The position numbers were made by a program, and so were the translations under genes. From the NCBI GenBank assembly GCA_000004985.1, contig GG738853.1: a DNA stretch of 64,000 nt; one strand, given 5' to 3'. The notes beneath the pieces are model-generated. The model saw only the letters and a list, made by a program, of their open reading frames with translations. It had not been told where the DNA came from and did not search any database. This document shows positions 43,680 to 54,478 of the stretch, piece by piece (position 1 is the first letter of the stretch; each line of letters opens with the position of its first letter). Origin of the DNA: Naegleria gruberi (taxonomy: Eukaryota).

Positions 43680-44428
43680 AACTCCTTCTATTAAATTATC
43701 GATGAGATGACTATTTTACATTCCATTCATTCGTTGTTATTGTTGTTTATCAAATTTCAGAAGAATGATTAGTGAAAACCTACATGAATATTAAACCATC
43801 ACTTAATCGACCATATAACTCATTTGAAGTTTCCAAATTATCAACACTAATTGGTTGCCACTCACCAATCGTTTCCTCCACTCGTTGTGGCATCTCTCTC
43901 AATCTCTTACTCATAACGGAATTAATAAACATGATAAAACACCTCTTCTCTCTCTTTGAAATCGTCGAGACCGAACCTGTTGCACTCACCGATTTAATTA
44001 GTGGCTCGACACTCCTGAGTGAGGCTCCTCTTAACTTGATAGCCTCTTCACCTTCGAGCGTTGTTGTTTGTTGCTGCGAATTGTCGTTATTAAGGTTGCG
44101 AGATGACAACATTTTTTCTACAAGTAATAATTTTTTTAAAAATTCCTTAAATCCTTAACGTCTCCCTTCAACAGCCCAAAGATTTGGCGGGAGAAATCTT
44201 GCTCAATAATGCACTGTAAAATAATGATCCCCTTAATGGTTCTATTCGAAAGGAAAATTAGTTTATTTAAGTATTTAAAAGTTTTCAAGTTTTTTATAAA
44301 ATGTTAAATTTTTGTATCTTTTAAAAAGAATTCATACTTTCAGTTTCAAAATACGAAATGAAGATAAACTTACTTAAAGAACATCAAGAAATTACAATTT
44401 ATTTAATGAAAAATCAAAATGTAAAAAA

Positions 44429-45658
44429 ATGCAAAGACAACAACAGAGAGCATCCTCATCACAAAATGTTTCTCAACATCAGCAATCTCTTGAACAACAA
44501 CAAAATTCTCAAGAAGAGGATGATTTAGAATCGGTCAGATTATCACAAGCTGACGAATTATCGCCACCATCATCACCCGAACCTGAAACTCCTTTTCAAA
44601 ATCGAAGAAGGAGAGAACGAGAACGTTCTTTATCATCTAATGATGAAGAAGAACAATCAGTAGTAGATGAACAAGACAATACTTCAGTAACTCCCAACAT
44701 AAATGCTCATCAAAGTCCCTATGTAACATCAAATGCTCGGAGGAGAGATTTAATGTACTCTAATCGATACTCTCCACAAACACCAGGACAAAAGAAGAAG
44801 GCTTTGGAAAATAAATTGAAAAGGGATTTTCCAGAAGACTTTAGAGAAATGAATAGAAGAGAGGAGGAACGAAAAAAGAAACGAGAATTTTGTCCAGATA
44901 GCTGTGGCTCGATTGCTGGATTTCAATTTACAAATCCTGGTTTACTCATGTTGGGACAGTCAGCACTACATAGATCGGGAGCAATCAGTTCATTGAGTAC
45001 GATTGATCCTGCCTTCCTGGCACTGCATAGTCCCGAGAAGAGAATTGAAATTTTGAATAGTGTGGTTGCAAAACCTCCTCCACTTCCTCCAAAGGAACCA
45101 AAAACAGAGGCCGATATACTGAGGGAGTTTCTTAAAAAGAAGAGAACTGAATTGGCAAAACAGGACAAGGTTCAACCTAGATTGATCATGGCAGATGATA
45201 CTATCGATCTGATTGTCATGTGTAGAGAATCAATGTGTATGGGACATGAACTAGTTGAGAAAATTAAGGAAAAACATCAACAGACGATTGTTAATTATGT
45301 ACGAGCATTTGTGAAAAAGAAACATCAACAGCATGAAACTGCAGATGATAATGTAAATAGCAACCATTTAGATTTGAATGTCAATTCCTCTCACTTGAAT
45401 GAAACGAGTCAATCAGCATGTTTGGAAAATAGTAACAACAATAACACATTGAATGAGATTTCCCAACTGAATCATTCTATTGCATCTTCAACATCTTCTC
45501 AAACTGTTGTTACAGAGCCAGTTACTCCTGCCAAACAAAGTGTTTCCTTAAAAACTCCAACAGCAAGTAATTCAAAGAAAACACCAGTTCAAAAAGAGGT
45601 TATCGAACTTGATTCTAGTGATTCTGATGATGATGATGGAATTATCCAAATTGATTAA
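44429..45658 (+). CDS. low-complexity Ser/Arg/Glu-rich, nuclear-type protein
   Basis: 409-aa ORF with Q-rich N-terminus, RRRERERS, SPxSP motifs and an acidic C-terminal SSDSDDDD tail. Confidence 0.45.
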   Translation: MQRQQQRASSSQNVSQHQQSLEQQQNSQEEDDLESVRLSQADELSPPSSPEPETPFQNRRRRERERSLSSNDEEEQSVVDEQDNTSVTPNINAHQSPYVTSNARRRDLMYSNRYSPQTPGQKKKALENKLKRDFPEDFREMNRREEERKKKREFCPDSCGSIAGFQFTNPGLLMLGQSALHRSGAISSLSTIDPAFLALHSPEKRIEILNSVVAKPPPLPPKEPKTEADILREFLKKKRTELAKQDKVQPRLIMADDTIDLIVMCRESMCMGHELVEKIKEKHQQTIVNYVRAFVKKKHQQHETADDNVNSNHLDLNVNSSHLNETSQSACLENSNNNNTLNEISQLNHSIASSTSSQTVVTEPVTPAKQSVSLKTPTASNSKKTPVQKEVIELDSSDSDDDDGIIQID

Positions 45659-45765
45659 CAGAATCAATATTTTATTAAATAATAACAATCTGATATCTTC
45701 TTAATAAGAACACCTCAATCATCAAATATTACTGATAACACCCTTCACATGTCAGCCATCACCTG

Positions 45766-48681
45766 TTGATCTTCCAAACCATCATAAAAAAAATGTTTAA
45801 AAAAGTCTTTGGAAATAATGGCAGTAAAAAACCAGAGCCAAACAACAATGTCATTGTTGAATCAGCCTCCTCCGACCAACCACCTCCATCATCACCAACC
45901 ACTCCCTCTGACGAACAACCAAGAAAACGAACACCCGTTGCGCCACAAATTCAAGAAGTGAGCGCCAAAGTAAATAATCAATATGTTCCCACCAAAAAAA
46001 ACACCGAAGAACAGTACAGTGAGAGTGATAAGGGAGTCTCTGAGAGAAATAAACAAGCATCGGATGTGGTTCGTGTTGAGAGAAATCAGGGTGATGAAGC
46101 GTTGAAGGCTGTTAGAGGATTGTCTGATGGTTTGGAAGATCAACAGGATGATGATTTGGATGGAAAGAAGAAGAAGAAAAAGAAGAAGGATAAAGAAAGT
46201 ATTGTTGTTAATACAACAGCTGGAAAGGGAAAGAAATCAACAATTTTGGGTGATTTGATGGGAATTGCTGCTAGAAAGGGATATCTGAGTAAGAGAGGTG
46301 GTTCTATCAAGACTTGGCACAAGAGATTTTTCATTGTTGTTGGTCATCGTCTCTATTATTACAAAGACGATAGTTCAAAGAATGAACCATTGGGTTCTGT
46401 TAAATGTAAAGGACCAGAAAGTGTTCAACCTGTTGCAGACACATCTCGTCCTAACTGTTTTAGAATTATCTCTGAAGAGAGAACATTATACTGTCAAGCT
46501 GAAAATGAAAATGACATGAATTCTTGGATGAATTTTTTGAAGGAACACACTTCAAAATTGAATTTACGTAAAGTGAAAGAACTTTCCAATCTTCAAGGAT
46601 ACATGACATTGTTGGATAATCAAACAAAGAAAAAGAAACGTGATGTTTATTGTTTGTGTATGGATGGTAAATTTTACATTTTGAATAATTTTGAGGATGT
46701 ATTACCGGATAGAATTGTAGAATTGGCTGGTGCCAGTGTAAGCAAAGTTAGTATTTCAGGTACATCAACAAATAATTTATTGGAAACACCTGCAACTCCT
46801 TCAAGTCCTAGAAAGATCAACAATACTGAAATTCAAGATTTTGCATTCCAAATCACAGAAAGTTTGCAAGCCGGATACATCCCAGAAGATGTTGCACCAG
46901 AAAAGGAAAAGTCTGGTAGATCTTCACGTTCCAGCTCTACTTTCCGTCAATCTAAAATGTTCAGTAGAAAATCAATGAAGGTCAATGATAGCAGTCAATC
47001 AGGAAGTGGACAAGGCGATACTACAGCTCGTTTGAGAAAGGGAACTCAATTTTTCCAAAACTTGATCACTAGTGTTGAAGGACTCAATCAAGTTACACTA
47101 ACATCAATTGATCCATTTTTGGCTGATGCTGAAATTTGGTGTGAAATGGTTCGTCACGAATCTGAATTGGCCTCAACCAGTTGGTATGTTCGTAACTCTC
47201 AAATGCGTGGTTGGATCAAGATTTTAATGAACAACGATGAAGTCAACAAGGCCATTCTTCAAGATAAGAAGAAACCAGAATCATTATATTGGATTGAAAG
47301 ATATGCCTGTCTTGTTCGTGGTACCTTGTTCTACTTTTCCGAAGAGAATTCTCCAACTCCAGATGGTAGTATTGTCCTCACTACAGGTTCTCGTCTCGTA
47401 ACCTCAGCTGTTCGTGAATTGAACTGTCCATATGCATTCAAGATTTCTTCACTTTCATCCAATTTTTATGTTTGCGTAAATTCGGATGATGAAAAGGATT
47501 GTTGGGTTGAAGAATTAAAGGAAGCAACCTACTCTCAAGCCAATCTCGACTATAACAAGTATGGTTGGTTGACCAAGCAAGGTGGTTCCTACAAGTCTTG
47601 GAAGGAACGTTTCTGTATCTTGAAGGGTACCAATTTGTACTATTTCTCTGATCCAAATGACTCTGAACCTAAGGGTAAAGTCAATCTTAAGGGTCAAATG
47701 ATTCGTCACCTTACTCCAGTCGAGGCCTACAATGAAGTTCAAAAGGATAACGTTATCAAGATTTACACTAGTCAACGTACTTGGTATTTCTTTGCAGATA
47801 CCATGCAAGAAGCTGTCGAATGGTCTATTGTATTGAGAAAGGCAGCCCTTCTCTATCGTGGTAGAACTTGGATTGTTGATGACAAGTTGGATGGCATGGA
47901 TGCAAAGAATTCCTTGAGATGTAAGAGTATTTCCCAAGCTGTTGCCAAAGCAGCAGAATTGGATCGTATCATTGTCTATTCTGGTGTATATTCTGAAACT
48001 GTAGTTGTAAACAAATCTGTAATTATAGAATGTGTAGGTGATGTGGTATTAAAGAAGGATTCTGGAGCTCCACTCATTGTGGATTGTATTGGTGCCGTAA
48101 AGGTCACTGGTATGGAATTAAGACAAGAAGGAGCTCCTAAAGAGCTCAGAGGTGACAAACATGCAGCTGAAGTTAAACGTGGTAACATTATGTTTGAACA
48201 TTGTCAAATTACCAGCAGAGATGGTAATGGTGTTGTCATTACCGAAGAAGGTGGTGTCACTATGAGCAAGTGTCGTGTATTCGACTGCAACCACTATGGC
48301 GTTTGGTTGAACGGAAGAGCTAGTGCCATTTTGGAAAATGTGGAAATTTGTGGATGTCAATGGGATGGTGTCATGCTCATGGCTAATACTGACTGTATCA
48401 TTCGTCAATCTGATATTTTCAACAATTCTTACAATGGTATTGCCGTCTCTTCAAAGGGTCGTCTCAATGTAGAAAATTGTAGAATAAGTGGAAACTTGTG
48501 GGATGGTATCTCTATCAATACTGACAAGGGTGCTGCCAGATTATTCGATAACTTTATTTTTGACAACCAAGGATTTGGTATTTATTATGCTAAAGATAAT
48601 GTCAGTGGTATCAACGTTGACAATGAAGTGTATTCCAATAAGAAGGGTCAAATCTACACTCTCAGTGGTAGACTTGAATAA
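45766..48681 (+). CDS. protein with three PH-like domains followed by right-handed parallel beta-helix (pectin-lyase-like) repeats
   Basis: 971-aa single-exon ORF. PH-like signatures KGYLSKRGGSIKTWHKRFFIV...SWMNFL, a central PH segment near 47150-47550, and KYGWLTKQGGSYKSWKERFCILKGTNLYYF...EWSIVL. The C-terminal 330 aa carry repeated ~22-aa G/N-rich beta-helix units. Confidence 0.6.
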   Translation: MIFQTIIKKMFKKVFGNNGSKKPEPNNNVIVESASSDQPPPSSPTTPSDEQPRKRTPVAPQIQEVSAKVNNQYVPTKKNTEEQYSESDKGVSERNKQASDVVRVERNQGDEALKAVRGLSDGLEDQQDDDLDGKKKKKKKKDKESIVVNTTAGKGKKSTILGDLMGIAARKGYLSKRGGSIKTWHKRFFIVVGHRLYYYKDDSSKNEPLGSVKCKGPESVQPVADTSRPNCFRIISEERTLYCQAENENDMNSWMNFLKEHTSKLNLRKVKELSNLQGYMTLLDNQTKKKKRDVYCLCMDGKFYILNNFEDVLPDRIVELAGASVSKVSISGTSTNNLLETPATPSSPRKINNTEIQDFAFQITESLQAGYIPEDVAPEKEKSGRSSRSSSTFRQSKMFSRKSMKVNDSSQSGSGQGDTTARLRKGTQFFQNLITSVEGLNQVTLTSIDPFLADAEIWCEMVRHESELASTSWYVRNSQMRGWIKILMNNDEVNKAILQDKKKPESLYWIERYACLVRGTLFYFSEENSPTPDGSIVLTTGSRLVTSAVRELNCPYAFKISSLSSNFYVCVNSDDEKDCWVEELKEATYSQANLDYNKYGWLTKQGGSYKSWKERFCILKGTNLYYFSDPNDSEPKGKVNLKGQMIRHLTPVEAYNEVQKDNVIKIYTSQRTWYFFADTMQEAVEWSIVLRKAALLYRGRTWIVDDKLDGMDAKNSLRCKSISQAVAKAAELDRIIVYSGVYSETVVVNKSVIIECVGDVVLKKDSGAPLIVDCIGAVKVTGMELRQEGAPKELRGDKHAAEVKRGNIMFEHCQITSRDGNGVVITEEGGVTMSKCRVFDCNHYGVWLNGRASAILENVEICGCQWDGVMLMANTDCIIRQSDIFNNSYNGIAVSSKGRLNVENCRISGNLWDGISINTDKGAARLFDNFIFDNQGFGIYYAKDNVSGINVDNEVYSNKKGQIYTLSGRLE

Positions 48682-48807
48682 ATTTAACAGCCCAAACATT
48701 TGCAAAAATCAAAAATTCAAAAATTCTTATTATGCAGATGTAAACGCAACAATAGAAAAGATTATTGAGGGATGTCTGTATTGCAGCTGAATGCCATATT
48801 TATTTTG

Positions 48808-50540
48808 TTACAAATAAAGGAAGGACAAGATGATCAAAACTAAAACAATTAAAACGTTTGGAAGACGAACCAATTGAGCATCATTGACATTTCTTGAAAT
48901 ATTAGCATCAGGAGTAGCAGTGGAATTTGTGTTGGAGTTTGAATTAGAATTGGAAGAAACTGCTGGTTTTGGTGAAGAAGTAACTGCGCTAGGTACTTCA
49001 ACCTTTAACATTTGAACTGAAACAGTTGATTCCTGATTGACTCCACTAATTGCTGAAATACTTCCCCAACATGAAGAAGATGGCCAAGTAAATACGAAAC
49101 TTTGTCCATTATTCAAATTTCCACTATCAATATTTGAAAGATTCCTACAAGCCAAATTCAAAAACAATCTAAACTGTCCTCCTCCAGTAGTAAGAGCTGT
49201 AACATTATACAATTGACCAGCAACTGTTTTAGCCCATGAAACTGGTGAATATCCATTTCCATTTGCATTATTCTGAACTGTTTTCACAGTTCTACTGGAA
49301 AAGATTACTGCTTGTCTCCATGTATCGAAATATCCAGCAGGTCCTCCAGAACTTACAGTCCAAAGACCTCTCATGGAAAGTAAATTTTGATTTCTATTAA
49401 AATCAATCACCTTATCCTCACCATTCAAATATCCTGAACAAGATTTGAGAGGTCTGAGAGCAGCTCTAATGAGTTGCAATTCATATGCTGCTTGATTACT
49501 CCAACCACCTGGATGCAATGTGTAATTACTGCCAATTTCAACGAAAATGCCATAAGGTGTACCAGTATTACGATCAGTGACATAACCTCCATAAGTTTTC
49601 AAAGTTTCTGCAACTTTTCTCAATTTTGGAATGGTAAGTTGAGCAGTGACATTGAAAGTGGAAGGAAGCATCAATAAACTACCTTCAGGAATAGTTCCAT
49701 AATTGCTCTGATAATCAGTATCAGATGCAGTGGCTGGCCAAACATATGGTGGATTATTAGACAAACCATTGTGAGTCATGGATACAGTCAATGCATGTCT
49801 ATATTGAGTATCGCCATCATCTACTTCATGTTTTCTAATCAATCCTGCAGAACTCACAACTCCTGTGGCTCTGGCTCCTTGATAGAATTGAGCTGGATTT
49901 CCCCATCCAGAACCATCGAGAGCTGTCCATGAATAGAGAGTAGTACACCAGGTGCCATTAATTTTGACCATTTGCCAGAATGAGTGAATAACATTTGAGA
50001 TTGGATCATAAATTTCACAGTGACCTATTTTCCAAAAATATCAAATTTTGACACACATGTCATTTTAAAAAACTAATTACATTGACAAGTATGCAAACAA
50101 ACTTACCATCACTTCCACTAGCTGGTAAAGTATTAGCTGGCCATCTTGGAATTGTAATATTTGGAGCAAATCCACCAATATCTGGCACGCCAATTCCCTT
50201 ACTAGATGAACCATAAACTGTGAGTGGAGAATCAGTTTTTGAGGCAACGAAAACTCCAGTAGAATAAATTCCTTCACCAACTGTTGGATAAAAGTTCATT
50301 GTTGATAGTGGAATAGTTTTGGTATCGTCTAAAACTGGGTTGACTGGACGACAATTCCAAGGAGAGCTTGCAGAGAATGGTCTGTAAATGCTTCCAAAGG
50401 GATAATCAGATTGGAGGCATGTTACATGTTGAGAAAACATGTCTGTTAAAAACAATGTCAATTGTCAAAGTGCATGAAAACTTACAAATTACTGACAGCA
50501 AAAGCATGACAGATAATTTAACTGTGAATAGGTTATTCAT
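48808..50540 (-). CDS. secreted or GPI-anchored surface protein, 3 exons (50540-50486, 50442-50107, 50024-48808)
   Basis: An 18-aa signal-peptide micro-exon MNNLFTVKLSVMLLLSVI. A 43-nt GTAAGT...AG intron, then a second exon. An 82-nt GTAAGT...AG intron, then a large exon. C-terminal Ser/Asn-rich linker and hydrophobic tail LPNVLIVLVLIILSFLYL. Confidence 0.5.
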
Positions 50541-51055
50541 AGTTTTATGTTTGTTTTTTTGGATGATGTTTTTTAGTGGAGGTAAAATGCTGTCAAATAT
50601 CGTTTGCTTACTGGACGAATCTTGACTATGCATGGTTACACTGTTACGTGCACTTCTCGCGAATTTCTTTTGTTGTTTTTCGAATAGGTCATTTAACAAG
50701 ATTATGTGTAACACAGTTGTGATGAATTTGTTGAAGGAAATACAAGTTTAGTTTGTTGAGGTTTCGGATAGGATATACCACGATGAATTGAGGGTTCCAA
50801 CTGGAAGAAAGAACTGAACTGGAATGGGCAGCAATCGTTTGATCACATAATTTGAAGTTTCGAATAGTAAGTTTCTAATCATGCCAATCAAAAATCAACA
50901 AAAATCTTTAATACATTGTAATCAGCAACATATCTCTTGTTTCAATATGTTGAATTTTAATAATTTACAGTTTTTCGAAAGGTTTACAATAAAGTTATTT
51001 GAAATGTAATGAAAGGCACTTTTCAAAATATTTCAGCAACAAAAAGTTGTAAAAA

Positions 51056-52321
51056 ATGTTCAAACTGAAAGTACCAGTTTCGGTTTTGTTTTTGCTGTTG
51101 TGTGTTGTATGTTTGGGAGGAGATTTTGCTCATTCTACAACAAAAACTAAAGTTTCGTCATTATGGAAAGTTCCAAAATCTGTATCCGAAACTCAACAAA
51201 CTTTTATCAAATCTTTTAAAATAGTTAAGGAACGTCAATTAGTGAGCAAAGCATTTAAGAAATTGAATGGAATGGCTCACAAAATGAATCTTCATACCAA
51301 CAAACCACCCATCAAATCAGCACTTTCTAATAAGAAAGTAAATACGAAAGGAATCAAGAAGAAATTAGAAGGTCCTTTCTTTAAGGGTGCTCAATCTCAA
51401 TGGATGAAATATTCTTTTAGAAAAATTAAGAACAAACCGTTGAATTCTCTTCTCATTCCTGGAACTCATAATTCCTTTGCAAAATCGTTGAAAAGTGAAA
51501 AATCACCAAAAAAAGCAAAAATCAACAAAATTTTCAAAGGTTATCCGAAAAAATTGATTCGTTTGATACTTTCTCAATGGAAAGAAACACAAACGAATGG
51601 ACCAGTTGAACAATTGATGGATGGCGTTAGATATTTTGATTTGAAAATTTGTCAGGACTCTTCAGAATTTTCCAAAATTAGAAAATTGAAGATTTGTAAT
51701 TCACTTTATGCTGGAATTTTGGAAAAATCTTTACAAGGTTTGGCAAATTTTGTAAAATTTGTTGGAAAGAAGGAAGTTCTAATAATTAATTTTAGAGAAT
51801 TTACCTCAGTTGATGAAAAGAGTCATCAGTACTTGTTCAATACTTTACAATCCAAGTTTGGAAAGTTATTAGCAGATTCCAACAAACTTTCACCAAAATC
51901 CAAATTCAAAGATTTCATTCGTTTGAATCAGAGAGTGATTATCTTGTATGGAAACTCTGATACGGTATCCAATTCAAAGGGTTTATTATGGTCGAGTGAT
52001 GTAATTCGCTCACCATCTTTCAAAGTTCAAGATTCCATTTCACTTTATTCGAAAATCAAAGCTCAACTCGCAGAAAGATCTAAAACTGATGAAAAACTAT
52101 TCATCACTCCAGCATTTATCACTCCAAACATTCAAATGATAATCAAGGGATTACTATCTCAACCAACTTGTCTCCAACAACAATCCTCACAAGTCAACCC
52201 AACCATAGTCAACTGGATCAGTTCCAACAACTTGCCAATATCGAAAATGAACGTCATCTTGCTCAATCATGAAAGTAAACACCTCCTCTCTGCACTAATT
52301 GTAAAAAATCTGGAACACTAA
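51056..52321 (+). CDS. secreted PI-PLC X-domain (PLC-like phosphodiesterase) protein
   Basis: Signal peptide, then IPGTHNSF and GVRYFDLKI motifs characteristic of the phosphatidylinositol-specific phospholipase C X-box/TIM-barrel. Confidence 0.6.
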   Translation: MFKLKVPVSVLFLLLCVVCLGGDFAHSTTKTKVSSLWKVPKSVSETQQTFIKSFKIVKERQLVSKAFKKLNGMAHKMNLHTNKPPIKSALSNKKVNTKGIKKKLEGPFFKGAQSQWMKYSFRKIKNKPLNSLLIPGTHNSFAKSLKSEKSPKKAKINKIFKGYPKKLIRLILSQWKETQTNGPVEQLMDGVRYFDLKICQDSSEFSKIRKLKICNSLYAGILEKSLQGLANFVKFVGKKEVLIINFREFTSVDEKSHQYLFNTLQSKFGKLLADSNKLSPKSKFKDFIRLNQRVIILYGNSDTVSNSKGLLWSSDVIRSPSFKVQDSISLYSKIKAQLAERSKTDEKLFITPAFITPNIQMIIKGLLSQPTCLQQQSSQVNPTIVNWISSNNLPISKMNVILLNHESKHLLSALIVKNLEH

Positions 52322-53052
52322 CTGTAAAGCGAACTTCAAATAAAGCAATTTGTGTACCACATCCGAACTTTGTAAAATCCATTCCAAATACGGTCAAGAG
52401 ATAGGACACAATAAGCGAATATCCCAAGTATTTCTTCTTGTGGATGTTTCCAACAACAGATCTTGGTTCTAATCTGTTCTTTCATGTATTATCTATAAAA
52501 TTAAAACAATGTTAATTAAATTAATTGCCAATAACTATTGAGTGATTCGGAAAGTAAAAATTCGGAATAAAGCAACGACCATCTATTGTAATTTTCCCAT
52601 CATCCTGATGATGATGATTACTAACTGAATAGATGAAAAAAGTCTCATAGGCATTAAAGGTTAAAAGCAAATTAATGGTGAGGATGAAGGGCAAACAATT
52701 TAATATTTTAAAATTCAAAAAAAAAAAAGTTTTTTCCAATTTCAAAAAAAAATATCAAACTCTGCTCGCTTGCGATTGCTATTAAAATAATCGTAACGGT
52801 TTTATATATTGTTGTTAGTGTTTTTATTATAATCATCACCATCATCACTGCTACTCTGTAGAAAGGAAGAAAAGCAACACCCTATTATACGCTCAGTAGT
52901 GTATTATCATCATCATTGTACAATTTTTCTTCTTGCGATTTTAACCTCCTTTTTATTTGCACTAAATCAGATTTTCATACTAGACACAATACGTATTGGA
53001 AATCTACACTATCTTCATCATCTAAACAACAATCAAACAAAATATATAGAAA

Positions 53053-54381
53053 ATGCATCCCTTTGAAGGTTACGCAAAATTATGTGGGCAAGATGTTGAA
53101 TATTACTTACAAAAGCTAAATGTCTCTCTCGGAAGAACACGGGTGCCTGATCCACAAGTTATAGATCCTAAATCTTTGGCAGAAGAACAGACAGTTGATG
53201 CTAATCAAAGTTTAAATTCCACATTATCTACTACAGGTCATTTACAACCTTCTATTGAAACACTTCAAAGAGTGCTCTGGGAACAAGATGTAGATATTCC
53301 TCTAGGTACCAACAAGAATATTTCACGTCTCCATGCCAAAATAATTTATAATGCTATAACAAAATTCTTTGAATTACACGTGATATCAAAGAATGGTGTA
53401 AAAGTTAATGGAATTTACTATCCTCCACAACCACACTCTCAACCAATCCCACTTCATAACGGTTATGAATTACAATTAGGTGATTGTTTCTTGACCTTTA
53501 TGCTTCCAATTAAAAAGATAACCCAAAGCGAAATGTATCAAATGGTAAACCTGAAAAAGAGAGATATGCAAAATGCAGATAGAGCTGACAGAGACAATTC
53601 TTCAACAAATGATCAAGATAGACAAGGAAATGATATGATGATGACTGACGAGAGTCACACAAGTACTATGAATGATGAAGTTTCTGATGCTCTTTCAAAA
53701 AACTTTCTTAGAGAAATTGAACCAATGGACGACCCCAATGGAGAGTATGGTTCTTTTTTTCTAAATGAAGGAAAGAAGAATATTTTTTTTAGGAACCTCG
53801 GAAATGGTCTAGCTGGGGGAACACCAATTAGTAGTGAACAAGCAAATGTACTTGCAAGATCATTGACAACAAGTATTGGCCCTTCTCTCACTGCAGCAGT
53901 AACACAAACTTTATCTGGAATTTATTTAGAAAATCACTCTGATTTTATCAAATCATTTCTTTCTAAATCAAATGCACCAAGTCCTCATACGGAAATGGTT
54001 CTGGAGTATCTTTACAACTCTCCTGATATTGAAAATGCAGAATCACCTGAGGCAGTTAGTATGTTAGCGCGATTAATGACAGATATGGATAATAATATCG
54101 GATCAAACTTTTCCAACATGTCCAAGAATACTAAAAAGCTGTTGCATATAGTACTGAATGCTGCTTTGGCAACAGAACAACAAGAGTTAGCCTCTCTACT
54201 TTTCAAGACAAAGCAAGAAAACGAAATTACTGTAAGAAATGGTATTGCTACTTTTGTGCTTGATTGGAACGAAAAGAAGCAGAAACAACAAGATATGGAA
54301 GCTGCTGTAAATACAAGTGCTACAACACCTCTTGTAGATCCACAAGCCTCCTCTCTTTCATCTCATCCAACAGTGAGATAG
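53053..54381 (+). CDS. FHA-domain protein
   Basis: N-terminal FHA signature: ...LGRTRV...ISRLHAKIIYNA...HVISKNGVKVNG. Ser/Thr-rich C-terminus. Confidence 0.55.
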   Translation: MHPFEGYAKLCGQDVEYYLQKLNVSLGRTRVPDPQVIDPKSLAEEQTVDANQSLNSTLSTTGHLQPSIETLQRVLWEQDVDIPLGTNKNISRLHAKIIYNAITKFFELHVISKNGVKVNGIYYPPQPHSQPIPLHNGYELQLGDCFLTFMLPIKKITQSEMYQMVNLKKRDMQNADRADRDNSSTNDQDRQGNDMMMTDESHTSTMNDEVSDALSKNFLREIEPMDDPNGEYGSFFLNEGKKNIFFRNLGNGLAGGTPISSEQANVLARSLTTSIGPSLTAAVTQTLSGIYLENHSDFIKSFLSKSNAPSPHTEMVLEYLYNSPDIENAESPEAVSMLARLMTDMDNNIGSNFSNMSKNTKKLLHIVLNAALATEQQELASLLFKTKQENEITVRNGIATFVLDWNEKKQKQQDMEAAVNTSATTPLVDPQASSLSSHPTVR

Positions 54382-54478
54382 TATCTTTTCATCACGAGTT
54401 AATCTTCCTTCAATTGATTCACAACCTCCACCAGCCAACAATTTTACTGCAATTACCTCATCTTCACAACCTCTACAA

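Noticed and set aside
43772-44158. Overlapping ORFs on both strands (128 aa +, 110 aa -) between the PH gene and the Ser/Arg-rich gene
   Set aside because: Neither strand can be preferred from sequence alone and neither has a recognisable domain. Left unannotated.
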